Part shown: in pieces, positions 49,383 to 59,633 of the stretch
How positions within the stretch are numbered: position 1 is the first letter of the stretch
How the letters are laid out: the number at the start of each line of letters is the position of its first letter
NCBI GenBank assembly: GCA_964619725.1
Contig: CAZUFC010000001.1
Coordinates: 1 to 64,000 of the forward strand
Length of the DNA: 64,000 nt
From: an uncultured bacterium
GTDB lineage: Bacteria; CSSED10-310; CAZUFC01
Direction: 5' to 3'
Position numbers and translations under genes: made by a program
The notes under the pieces: generated by a model
The model's database searches: none
What the model saw: the letters and a program-made list of their open reading frames with translations, nothing else
Told to the model about the DNA's origin: nothing

Positions 49383-51998
49383 ATGAGGGAAAAAAAGAAG
49401 GTATTTTTGTATTCATCGATACTGGTCATCATATTGGTTCTATATTCGGGTGAGCGTCAAACAACGTATCAGGAATCATTTTTGGATTCTGAACGGCGCT
49501 TGAGCAATCCCGAATATGACGATTTATTCAATCTTGACGACAGTAAGCAAAAGACTTTTTTTCATCATGTGGAGGATTGCACGGTTTGTCATTGTTTAAC
49601 ATCGCCTAATCTGGCGAATGTATGTGAAGTTATTTCGACTCCGAACGGAGGTGACAGGGAAGTCGTTTTCGTCTCTCGTACAGGAACCAACTCATTTGCT
49701 GACGGCGATGCCGTTTATGACGGGGTATGCGAGGTGTGTCATACGCAGACGAATTACCACCGCCATAATGGCGAGAACCCGGACCCTGATCCTCATTATG
49801 CGGGAGAAGATTGCATAGAGTGTCATGCTCACGAAAACGAATTCAGTCATGGCGGAGGTGAGGATTGCATAGCGTGTCACGGGCATGATGCGGGTTATGA
49901 GTATGCGCCGGGCGAAGTCAGTTCAGGAGCTGGGACATATTACAGTCATTCGACGCACACGGAGGATGATGCGGACGACAGGAAGGGCCCGTACTTAAGT
50001 TGCGCTGCCTGTCACGACACGGAGAATTTTCCATATTTCAAGTCAGGGTTGGGCGATCCGCCGTACAGTCTTGCAGCGACGGATGTGTGCGATGCCTGTC
50101 ACAGTCCCGGCGGCAGTTATGACGGATTGGACGATCCTGTGACGGGAGCTCGGTACAACTGGATTGACGGAGCTTATATAAAATCGAAAAACTTACGCCC
50201 CGGAATGGAAAAGTGGTGTGCGGGGTGTCACGATGAGGAGCCGGCCAACTGTAAAATGGAACCGTCGGGGGCCTGGGCGCCGTCGGTCATAGGCGATGAA
50301 ACGGCTGCGACGGATTACGGTATCGGATACGGGTATTATATGACCGGGCATGGACTTCCGGCTGATGAAGTCTATCCAGCGACGGAATCTTCCGGCGCGG
50401 GGCTGGAGTGCCTGGAATGTCATGATCCTGAAGTAAAACATATTGACTGTGCGCGCCGGACCTATGTTCCCGACAGCGATTACCTGACATATGATCCGGA
50501 AAGCGAGAGTTATATGAACGGATTCCGGTTGAGGGCAGTTGATTCGGGATATGACGGAATTTACCCCATGCATATTCCCCGTACCGGCCATGTTTATCCG
50601 CCGGGATTCAGAGAAAATTGGGAGTTCGCTCTGTGCTTCCGGTGTCATGATCGTAATACGTTGTTTGACGGAGGCGACTCCGTAACGGGGGCCGGCGGAG
50701 GAACGAATTTCCGCGCCGTCAGTGACGGCACGCCCGGTTACGGAGGGAATCCGAAGCCCACGGAAGGGGCATGGTACAGCATGCACGACGTCCATACCTG
50801 GGGAGCCAATGGACCGATAGAAGCAGAAACGCCTCAGTACGATTCCGATTTTGACGGCACGGCGGATTCGCGGTTGAGTTGTCCGGCCTGCCATAACGTC
50901 CACGGTTCGTATTCGCCGGCCATGGTGCGGCATGGAGAACTGATCAGTTCTATGGGCACGACGGATAAAGTCCCTTCAATCGAATTTCAGTATACCCCGG
51001 ATGAGACTTACCCTTTGCTCCTGGACAGCACGGGCGGACGAACCCGGTTTATAGGAACAGGCCCCGGAGATGTACTCAAAAACGGCATTTGCAATATGTG
51101 TCACAATGATTCAACTATTTACTCCAGGATAGCGCTCGGCGTTCCCGTTCCCGAAGCATCCGGATTTAACCCTCCGCATACGGCCATAAACGTTTCCGTC
51201 GATTCCGAATTGACGTTTACGCTGTCCCAGGAGGCGGAAGGCATTGACTGGACGACCTTTTCCATAGAGTTGTCCGGCGATCAGGGATATTATCAGGAGT
51301 ATACGGATGAAAACGGTTCGGTCGTTTCCATATCCGGAACGCCTCAATCCTATGACGTAACGGTCGCTCCTTCTGAGGATTTCGCCATGGGAGAAGTCAT
51401 CACCGTTACGATAAACGTCAATGATCTGGCGAATCCTCCGCATCCTTTGATACCGCCCCAATGGGTTTTCACTGCCGTACCGGACGGCCCGGGTACGCTG
51501 ACGTTACATCCGGCCGGCATCGCCGATAATTCGGGAGAATTCGGCACGCTGGGCGGCGACTGGAGCACGGTCATGGACGTTCACGACAGCGACGCATCAT
51601 ACGCGCACAGGTGCTGCGGACCGCCCGTCTATTCATGTCGCCTGGCAATGGATGATCCGATCGGGTTGGACAATTCGACCGTCACCGGCATTACGGTTTT
51701 CGCCTACGCCCGCTATCTTGAAGGCGCCTGGCCCGATGCCGCACCCACGACCGGAAACGTTATGCTCGGCTATAAAACCGGATCGGCCGTAATCTGGACA
51801 AGCGCTATCGGTACCGACGCTTCAGGAGAATACAACCTGATCTTTTCCAATACCTACACTGCCGATTCTGACGGAGGCGAACTCGACGTAAACGATATAA
51901 TAAACCTGGAAATCCCCGTCAAAAGATACATCGGCGGACCGCTGCAACTTAGAATCACGGAACTTTTTGCTGAAATAGAATATTTGCCCCCGGAATGA
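49383..51998 (+). CDS. 11-heme cytochrome c with C-terminal Ig-like/beta-sandwich domains
   Basis: N-terminal hydrophobic helix and 11 CxxCH motifs. P...AINVSVDSELTFT...EVITVTI resembles an Ig-like domain. Confidence 0.85.
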   Translation: MREKKKVFLYSSILVIILVLYSGERQTTYQESFLDSERRLSNPEYDDLFNLDDSKQKTFFHHVEDCTVCHCLTSPNLANVCEVISTPNGGDREVVFVSRTGTNSFADGDAVYDGVCEVCHTQTNYHRHNGENPDPDPHYAGEDCIECHAHENEFSHGGGEDCIACHGHDAGYEYAPGEVSSGAGTYYSHSTHTEDDADDRKGPYLSCAACHDTENFPYFKSGLGDPPYSLAATDVCDACHSPGGSYDGLDDPVTGARYNWIDGAYIKSKNLRPGMEKWCAGCHDEEPANCKMEPSGAWAPSVIGDETAATDYGIGYGYYMTGHGLPADEVYPATESSGAGLECLECHDPEVKHIDCARRTYVPDSDYLTYDPESESYMNGFRLRAVDSGYDGIYPMHIPRTGHVYPPGFRENWEFALCFRCHDRNTLFDGGDSVTGAGGGTNFRAVSDGTPGYGGNPKPTEGAWYSMHDVHTWGANGPIEAETPQYDSDFDGTADSRLSCPACHNVHGSYSPAMVRHGELISSMGTTDKVPSIEFQYTPDETYPLLLDSTGGRTRFIGTGPGDVLKNGICNMCHNDSTIYSRIALGVPVPEASGFNPPHTAINVSVDSELTFTLSQEAEGIDWTTFSIELSGDQGYYQEYTDENGSVVSISGTPQSYDVTVAPSEDFAMGEVITVTINVNDLANPPHPLIPPQWVFTAVPDGPGTLTLHPAGIADNSGEFGTLGGDWSTVMDVHDSDASYAHRCCGPPVYSCRLAMDDPIGLDNSTVTGITVFAYARYLEGAWPDAAPTTGNVMLGYKTGSAVIWTSAIGTDASGEYNLIFSNTYTADSDGGELDVNDIINLEIPVKRYIGGPLQLRITELFAEIEYLPPE

Positions 51999-52084
51999 AA
52001 GAACGAATTTCTCTCCAAATACGGCTATTTTCCCCTAACGCTTCGTCAGGTTGCGGATTCGTTCAGTCAACGTATAAGAAATCC

Positions 52085-52299
52085 GGCATTGATCAAAAAT
52101 GCGTCTTTTGAGGTTACAATTCGAAATAATATCTCATCATTTTGTTTCGATTGCGATTGAGACCCCGATGCCGACCCCGATACCGATGCCGATGCCGATA
52201 CCAATCCAGACCCCGAACTCAAAACCGAACCCGAACCCGATTACTGAAACAACCTGTAAAAAGTTTTGAAAGAAGTGTAACCCCGGTCTGATCAGTCCC
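52085..52299 (+). mobile_element. MITE-like element family B
   Basis: Ends GGCATTGATCA / TGATCAGTCCC. Flanks AGAAATCC and ATAAATCC form a 7/8 direct repeat. Internal hexamer tract. Confidence 0.8.
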
Positions 52300-52398
52300 A
52301 TAAATCCGCTTACATAAAGGCTTCAGCGTTACAAATTACGACTCATTCGTAAATCCTTCCCTTCCTTTCCATAAGAAAAAAATCCTCCCGCGTCGCGG

Positions 52399-52470
52399 TA
52401 TGGATCAAAAACCGCAACGCCTGTCCAGCATTAAGTTTTGAATTGAGCTTCGAGTTTGCGGACAGGCGAT
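52399..52470. repeat. Dispersed hairpin element, second copy
   Basis: Matches 17475-17546. Stem CGCCTGTCC / GGACAGGCG. Confidence 0.7.
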
Positions 52471-52656
52471 GTTCAATGATTAGGATACTTTCAACAACAT
52501 TCCCCTGAACGGGGTTTTTATGTTTCACAAAGGACTCACGTCAAAAAAAGTTATGGAAACGATTTGATTTTTTCCCGTGGTTCATAATAGATTAGATTAT
52601 GGGAGCTTGATGAATTTTTGACAGCGGGTAGGGCTGCTCATCACGGGAGAGTAAAA

Positions 52657-55600
52657 TTGAAAAAAGAGAATATAATTCAAGTCAATGCGGTTTTGACTGT
52701 GATCATTGTGTTTCTGATTGTTTTTTCAGGCGCGGCAGGAGCATGGACGGTAGTGGAGGATTTTGAGCCGCCTCATGAGGAATGGAGGTTCACCAGTTAT
52801 TCGGGCCAGGATCAGCAGCCGAATTTTTTTGATTATTCGGATGATCATGCAGCGGGGGGAACGGATTATTCGTTGAAGATATGGGGCAACTGCTGGAAGC
52901 TTGAAGATATATCTGACAGGGAGGTATATATACACCGGTCGAGCATCTGGCGCATAAGTCTTTATACTCCGTGGAAGGGGACATTGCAGGCATTCGGGAT
53001 TACGGACGGGACTAATGCCGTGATTTATCCGTTGAACAGCAGCGCTGAGCCTCCGGACGGCGAGGAATGGGTGACGGCATATGACGGCTGGAAGGACACG
53101 GAAGATCAATTCAAGTATTACAAGCTGCCGGTTGGAGAGGACTGGTACGACAGGTACGGTGGAGGAGACTGGACGCAGGTAACGGGATTGATATTCATCA
53201 ATGACGAAGATACGGACAACGGGATTGTTTATTTTGATCAGATACTGGATATAACGGAGGACGAGCCGGCACGGCCTGTTGTCGACGCAGGACCCGACAA
53301 GTATGCAGCGGTGGGGGAATCGGTATATTTTGAGGCATCGATCGAGGACCCGGACAGCATAGCTTTTGATTGTTTCTGGGATTTCGGCGACGGTACGGTT
53401 AGCGGAAGCATGACGGCAGAGCATTCATTTTCATCGCCGGGAGGATACAACGTTCTTTTTTGCGCGACCGATGAAAACGGCTGGAAGGATTGCGATTCCC
53501 TTCTGGTTATTGTAGGCGGCGACGATTCTTCCCGGATCGCAAAGCTTCTTTTCGGCGGAGACGCCATGTTTGGAAGGCGATATGAGGATGCCGACGAGGA
53601 CGGCATACCCGGAAACAATGACGGATCGTTGATACTGCCCGGTGATGACGGTGAGGGAGCCCAGGCCATCGGTCACTGGACTCGCCGCCATTCTGCGGAC
53701 CTGAAGATAATCAACCTGGAAACGCCCTTGTCGAACCAGGGTTCACCTCATCCCACCAAGACGTATACTTTCCGCAGCCGCCCGGACTCCGTTGCCGGCT
53801 TGACCGAAAACGGCGCGGACGTGGTGAGTCTGGCCAACAACCACATCATGGACTATGGAGAACAGGCGCTGACCCAGACGATGGATGTCCTTGCCGACCC
53901 TCAGGCTTACAGCGAATATGCCCGTGATTATCCCATAAGTTTCACGGGCGCGGGAAACAGGCGTTATGATGCCGCTTTCCCCGTTACGAAAGCGATAGAC
54001 GGCCTAAGGATCGGTTTCGTGGGATTATGTTCCATTGACGGCGTCAGCAACAATCATCAGCCGTTTCTTCACGCCGGTTACGACAAACCCGGATTCAGTC
54101 AGCTCAATCTGTATAATTTGACCAGAAGCGTTCAGAAATGCGAACAGATGGCTGATTTGACCGTTGTTATGATGCACGGCGGGTATGAATACGAAGTTTC
54201 GCCGTCCGGAACCGTTCTGGAGCTGGCGCATGAAGCCGTCAATTTAGGCGCTGACCTGGTTATTGCGCACCATCCTCATGTGAGCCAGGGAATAGAAATA
54301 TACAACGGCGTTCCTATCGTTTTCAGTCTGGGAAATTACATTTTTGAGCAGAAATTTTTGCGGACCATGAAGACCTTTATGGCTGAAGTGCAGTGCAGTC
54401 GTGACGGAGTATTGAATCTTCTGACGGTACCGGTTTTTATCGAGGATTACGTGCCCAAGTTCGTGGTCGGAGGCACAGGTGATGAGCTGATTTACAGAAT
54501 AGGCGCATTTTCAAGCGAATTCGACACCACGATAATTCCCTGCAGAAGTAAAGGCATAGTCTCATTGACAGGTGATGAATTCGATAAAACATTAATTCCT
54601 TTTGAGGAATCGATACCTCTGACTTACAGGAACCTTATCCAGGACTATGGATCGACTGTGATAGAGCTTTCGCCGGGGCTTCATCTACAGAGCATCGATC
54701 AATTGCATAACGTTCCGGGGTCTTTCAGCGTTTTAACCGGCTATGACCGGCTGGTCTTCGGCAACATGGAGGATGATGACCTGGATGACGAGGTTAACGA
54801 GGGAACAGGATGGGCGCTGGAACCCGGAGCGACTCAGACCATTTCTCAGTATAATCCTTTTGACGGCGAGAACAGTCTCCGCTTACGGCTGCACGAATCA
54901 GCCTATTATCCGACCGAGGTGGAGACCGACGGCCGTATGCCCATCATCCACTCGGAATTATACTCCATATGCGGTTATGCAAGAACGTCTGACGCAGGCA
55001 GTTCCTATGTCGATATTTACTGGATGTATTATCCTTACACCTGGGATTCCTGGGATGATTATCGCCAGGTCTGCTACGGCCCCATTTCGGAATTTAACGA
55101 CTGGCACTGGTTCGACAGTTACTGCCGGGCCCCTTACGATCTGGAGTATGCTCGCGTTCAGGCGCGACAGTATCCGCCCGATGACGGTTCGGACTACGGA
55201 TACTTCTACATGGATAATGTAAGGCTGATCGAGTGGACGGAACATGAACAGCCTTTTATGCCGATGTATTTCAATGCTCCGGGAGGAATAAGATTCATAG
55301 CCGTCAAGGCCGGAAGTTCAGCCGCGGACAGCTCCGTCTCATATACTGTCGCTGAATACGACGCAGAAGATTACGACGAAGACGGACTGTATGATTTCCT
55401 GGAAGATGCAGACGGCGACGGCGTTGTCGATTTCGGTGAAAGCGATCCGATGCTATATGATACGGACGGCGACGGCCTTTCAGACGGCGAGGAATTCTAT
55501 TTCGGCGATGACGGTTATGTGACGTTTGCATATCTGATCGATTCTGACGGCGATATGTTTTCCGATTATCAGGAATGGGATGCCGGAACCGATCCCACCG

Positions 55601-56235
55601 ACGATCAGTCATTCCCCGACTGGCCTACCCCCACTTTTACCGCCACTCTTTCACCGACTCCATCTCCCACCGCATCTCCAACCCGAACGCCTACATCCAC
55701 TCTCACCCCTTACCCGACGTCAACTCTTTCACCGACCCATTCCCCTACCTATACGCCTACACTCACGCCCACCCTATCACCTACTCACACTCCCAGTTTA
55801 ACGCCTACGGATTCTCCCTCCTGGTCTCCCACATCAACCGCCGCGCCGACAGACACCATAACTCCTGTTCAGACCGGTACGCCTGTCCCCCTTCGCAACG
55901 GCGTTCGACTGATCCTCAACGACACATTCTTCCAAGCCGGCGACAACTTTCATCTCCACGTCGAAATTGGCAACGACGGAGCCGACGTATACCTTGACCT
56001 CTATGTCCTGCTCGAAGTCTACGGCGCTTTCTGGTTCTACCCTTCCTGGCTCCAGGAACTGGATTCGGAATTACACTTTGCTTCCTACGGAATTACTCCC
56101 GTACAAATTCTCGATTTCATCTGGCCGGATAATGCCGGACAAATGAACGGCGTTATATTCTGGTCTGCCGTTTTCCACCGGGGCTCCTTCGACATATTCG
56201 GCCATTTTGATTCAGTCGAATGGAATTTCGGTTGA
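52657..56235 (+). CDS. Secreted CapA/PgsA-family metallophosphoesterase with PKD domain, acidic Ca-binding-type repeats, PT linker and conserved C-terminal domain
   Basis: WDFGDG (PKD). [33 protein letters not shown] and SLGNYIF motifs. [12 protein letters not shown] repeats. Confidence 0.85.
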   Translation: MKKENIIQVNAVLTVIIVFLIVFSGAAGAWTVVEDFEPPHEEWRFTSYSGQDQQPNFFDYSDDHAAGGTDYSLKIWGNCWKLEDISDREVYIHRSSIWRISLYTPWKGTLQAFGITDGTNAVIYPLNSSAEPPDGEEWVTAYDGWKDTEDQFKYYKLPVGEDWYDRYGGGDWTQVTGLIFINDEDTDNGIVYFDQILDITEDEPARPVVDAGPDKYAAVGESVYFEASIEDPDSIAFDCFWDFGDGTVSGSMTAEHSFSSPGGYNVLFCATDENGWKDCDSLLVIVGGDDSSRIAKLLFGGDAMFGRRYEDADEDGIPGNNDGSLILPGDDGEGAQAIGHWTRRHSADLKIINLETPLSNQGSPHPTKTYTFRSRPDSVAGLTENGADVVSLANNHIMDYGEQALTQTMDVLADPQAYSEYARDYPISFTGAGNRRYDAAFPVTKAIDGLRIGFVGLCSIDGVSNNHQPFLHAGYDKPGFSQLNLYNLTRSVQKCEQMADLTVVMMHGGYEYEVSPSGTVLELAHEAVNLGADLVIAHHPHVSQGIEIYNGVPIVFSLGNYIFEQKFLRTMKTFMAEVQCSRDGVLNLLTVPVFIEDYVPKFVVGGTGDELIYRIGAFSSEFDTTIIPCRSKGIVSLTGDEFDKTLIPFEESIPLTYRNLIQDYGSTVIELSPGLHLQSIDQLHNVPGSFSVLTGYDRLVFGNMEDDDLDDEVNEGTGWALEPGATQTISQYNPFDGENSLRLRLHESAYYPTEVETDGRMPIIHSELYSICGYARTSDAGSSYVDIYWMYYPYTWDSWDDYRQVCYGPISEFNDWHWFDSYCRAPYDLEYARVQARQYPPDDGSDYGYFYMDNVRLIEWTEHEQPFMPMYFNAPGGIRFIAVKAGSSAADSSVSYTVAEYDAEDYDEDGLYDFLEDADGDGVVDFGESDPMLYDTDGDGLSDGEEFYFGDDGYVTFAYLIDSDGDMFSDYQEWDAGTDPTDDQSFPDWPTPTFTATLSPTPSPTASPTRTPTSTLTPYPTSTLSPTHSPTYTPTLTPTLSPTHTPSLTPTDSPSWSPTSTAAPTDTITPVQTGTPVPLRNGVRLILNDTFFQAGDNFHLHVEIGNDGADVYLDLYVLLEVYGAFWFYPSWLQELDSELHFASYGITPVQILDFIWPDNAGQMNGVIFWSAVFHRGSFDIFGHFDSVEWNFG

Positions 56236-56549
56236 TGAAATTTGCTTTTAATACCTCGTTTAATATTATTATGCTTGACGGGCTCGCGAGTTTTAAGCCC
56301 CATATTCGACAGTTTTCCACGCCGGCTCAGCCGACATTGCTTGAGAAAAATTGTGAATTGTATGACGAAATGCGACAATCGAAAAAACAATACTAATAGA
56401 AAAAAGTTCTTCCGCTCGATGAGGTTTTTGGAGGGGCTAAAAACGGCACAATCTTTATGCCGACTCGCATTGTGAATACAACTAATTCAACAGCTCAGGA
56501 TATCTTTGTCAAGATTGCTGCACCTGCTTTTTCGCTCCAGGGTAAAGGA

Positions 56550-59519
56550 ATGAATACTAAAAACAAAAAACAGATTTTTGCGCTTTCAGCTCCTGCTGTC
56601 ATATTGGCAGCGTTCATCGTTCTGACGGTCCTTCAACCGGCCTTTTGCCTCGCTCAATCGCTGCAGGACCGTTGGATAGTCCGGATTACTCTTTCAGAAT
56701 ACCTGGAAATGGCCGGCCGGCATGAAGATTGGTTTGGAGATATATTCGACGTTGTGGGGCGGTCACAGGAAGATCAAACCGTCGATGTGCTGACGGAGGC
56801 AGATGGTCTTGAAGCATTGGAAGCCAGGTTCGGAACTATGCGTATCGTAATGACGCCCGGGGAAATCAATGACAGGGACATTGATCCGCAATACCTCAAT
56901 TATGATGAGCTGGAAGGGCTTTTGACCGATTATGCTGCGGATTACCCGGATATCACGGAATTGCATGATCTGGGAACCACGCATGAAAACCGGACAATCT
57001 GGGGCATTAAAATTTCCGATAATGCTGAAACCATTGAGGACGAACCCTCCATACTGATAATGGGGTTGCACCACGCCCGGGAAATCATGTCGACGGAAAT
57101 CGCTGTGGACGTCGTGGAACAACTTACCGGATATTACGGATCAGACCCCGACGTCGACAGATGGGTGGAGGAACTGCAGATATGGGTCGTTCCTATGGTC
57201 AATCCTGACGGCAGCGCTTACTGCTGGAGCGACGACATGTGGTGGACCAAAAACAGAAGAGAAAACATCGACGGCTCCTATGGCGTTGACTTGGACCATA
57301 ATTATCCGTTCCAGTGGGGCGAATGTTTCGGGTCCAGCAGCGATCCTGAGAGCGCGGGATACCGCGGTCCCGAACCGGGTTCTGAACCGGAAGTGCAAGC
57401 GATAATGAACCTGGCTTCTCAATATCGCTTCATCCTGGCGCTTTCCTACCACAGCTTTGACGAATTGCTCATCATGCCGTACGGTTGCAGCTTTCAGTAT
57501 GTCCCGGACCGTTTCGCCCTCCAGAATTACGGCAACCGGATCGCTCAGGAAATACGAAAGGAAAACGGCTATTACGGATATGATGCCGGCGTCTGGTGGG
57601 AAATCCTTTATCCTACGGACGGAGTGGAAACGGACTGGTTCTACGGCGAATGGGGAACGTTCTGCTACCAGATTGAAGTTAACGCGGAAAGTTATTATCC
57701 TCCTTATTCGCTCAGGGATGAAACCGTGGAACGTAACCGTCCGGGATGGCAGAAGATGCTGGACCTGGCGCTGGACGGGAGCATGATCACAGGACATATC
57801 TTTGATGAATGCACGGGCGAGCCCCTGTCAGCCGCTTATTCGGTCGAAGAAATAACCCTGGAAAACGGCGAAAAAGAAAGAATGTCCGATCCGCTCTTCG
57901 GCAGTTTCTATTATCCCGCTTTACCTCTGGCTTATCATCTCTGCGTTTCTGCAGAGGGTTATGCTGAAAGAATACGCTTCGTCTCCTTAAGCGATGAACC
58001 GCTGTCAGTCGAACTGGGGATTGTGCCGCTGGATGAGTTCGGACTGCTTTACGAAACCAATACTGTATACGATCAGGAGGGCGACGACGACAGGACCCTC
58101 GATCCCGGGGAAACAGCGAATCTCATGGTCGCCGTCAGATCGCCGGGGTATGGCCTGTCGGGCATATCGGCCCTGCTGACCTCAGATGATTCCTATATCG
58201 ACATCATAACCGACACCGCATACGTCGGCGATCTTTTCGGAGGCCAATTGGGTTGGACCCTCGATACGGGATTCAGAATACACGCTTCTCCTTATACGCC
58301 CGATAATCATATCGCTGATTTTAATCTGTTTCTCTCTTCAGACCAGCCTTTATGCGACGATGTGGAACATTTTGAATTAAAAATCTGCAGCTATGTGGAC
58401 GTTTGTCCTCTCTACGAAGAATCCCTTGATTCAAACCCCCAGTGGGATATCGAAAATACCGGCGAAGGGGGATGGGAATTCGGCATACCCGCAACCGGTC
58501 CGCCGGGACCTTACACCGGAAACTTCGTTTACGGAACCAACCTTACCGGGCACTACGGAGACAACGGTTTTTATCAGTTGACTTCCGATCCTTTCGACTG
58601 CTCCGAACTTTCCCAGACTGAACTTCGTTTCATGCGATGGCTGCACAATGAGGAGAACTACGATGAAGCCTACGTGCAGGTCAGCGCCGACGGTTCCAAT
58701 TTCATTACCGTTTACGAAGGATATGAAAGCGACGCCCAATGGATGGATATGCGCTACGACATCGCTTCGGTAGCTGACGGGGAAGACTCCGTGTACGTCC
58801 GGTTCATCCTGGATACCGACGTCAGCATAAACTGGGAAGGCTTCTATATCGACGATTTGAAAATTTGCGGACGTTTTGAAGGTCAGGTCCCGCCCACATT
58901 CATTCCCACGGAATCGCCCATGCCGACCTTCTCAACCCGGACGCCTACACCCACGCCCACTTCATCACCCACTCTCTCACCCACAGAAACCTGCTCGCCG
59001 CCGCCCACAGCCACACCGACCGTCACATCTTCGCCTACCCTTTCGCCTACGCCTTCGTCTACTCCCACGCGCTCGCCTACCCGCACAGTAACCCGGACCC
59101 CTACCGCCACTTCCAGCCCCACACTTACCGCTACACCCAGCGGAACACCTGAAATGTCGCCTACTCCCGCTGAATTCTTCCTTACCGATATACAACTCAG
59201 CCAGAACCTTTTCCACGCCGGAGACATGTTTATTCTCAACCTTGAAATCAAAAGAAACGGTCCGGCCGTCGACGTGATGATATTTATTATTCTGGACGTC
59301 TGGAACGATTATTTCTTCTGGCCGGGTTGGACGCCTGAAGCCGACTGGCAGGAAGAACACATATATCACGGCTATTCCGACATGACCAATATCCTTTCAT
59401 TCATCTGGCCGGACGATGCCGGAGCCGCCCAGGGACTGAGATTCTGGGCCGGCTGCGTCAACCAGGCCGATAATGATTTGATCGGCAATATCGATTTTGA
59501 GGACTTCAGTTATGAATAA
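56550..59519 (+). CDS. M14 zinc carboxypeptidase (carboxypeptidase T-like) with accessory domains, PT linker and conserved C-terminal domain
   Basis: HHARE, VNPDG, KNRR, GVDL, YRGP..SEPE, SYHS and QIE motifs. Confidence 0.9.
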   Translation: MNTKNKKQIFALSAPAVILAAFIVLTVLQPAFCLAQSLQDRWIVRITLSEYLEMAGRHEDWFGDIFDVVGRSQEDQTVDVLTEADGLEALEARFGTMRIVMTPGEINDRDIDPQYLNYDELEGLLTDYAADYPDITELHDLGTTHENRTIWGIKISDNAETIEDEPSILIMGLHHAREIMSTEIAVDVVEQLTGYYGSDPDVDRWVEELQIWVVPMVNPDGSAYCWSDDMWWTKNRRENIDGSYGVDLDHNYPFQWGECFGSSSDPESAGYRGPEPGSEPEVQAIMNLASQYRFILALSYHSFDELLIMPYGCSFQYVPDRFALQNYGNRIAQEIRKENGYYGYDAGVWWEILYPTDGVETDWFYGEWGTFCYQIEVNAESYYPPYSLRDETVERNRPGWQKMLDLALDGSMITGHIFDECTGEPLSAAYSVEEITLENGEKERMSDPLFGSFYYPALPLAYHLCVSAEGYAERIRFVSLSDEPLSVELGIVPLDEFGLLYETNTVYDQEGDDDRTLDPGETANLMVAVRSPGYGLSGISALLTSDDSYIDIITDTAYVGDLFGGQLGWTLDTGFRIHASPYTPDNHIADFNLFLSSDQPLCDDVEHFELKICSYVDVCPLYEESLDSNPQWDIENTGEGGWEFGIPATGPPGPYTGNFVYGTNLTGHYGDNGFYQLTSDPFDCSELSQTELRFMRWLHNEENYDEAYVQVSADGSNFITVYEGYESDAQWMDMRYDIASVADGEDSVYVRFILDTDVSINWEGFYIDDLKICGRFEGQVPPTFIPTESPMPTFSTRTPTPTPTSSPTLSPTETCSPPPTATPTVTSSPTLSPTPSSTPTRSPTRTVTRTPTATSSPTLTATPSGTPEMSPTPAEFFLTDIQLSQNLFHAGDMFILNLEIKRNGPAVDVMIFIILDVWNDYFFWPGWTPEADWQEEHIYHGYSDMTNILSFIWPDDAGAAQGLRFWAGCVNQADNDLIGNIDFEDFSYE

Positions 59520-59633
59520 TACTATTTTGTTTGCTTTATTACGCCTTTCGAAAAAATATAAATTGAATCGAACTTGTCCTGCAGAATTCTCTTTTTATCC
59601 TCAGCTTTTTTTTCAACATGGAGGATGCAAATT

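Noticed and set aside
52657-56235. Poly-gamma-glutamate capsule locus
   Set aside because: Only a CapA-like domain is present, with no capB or capC.
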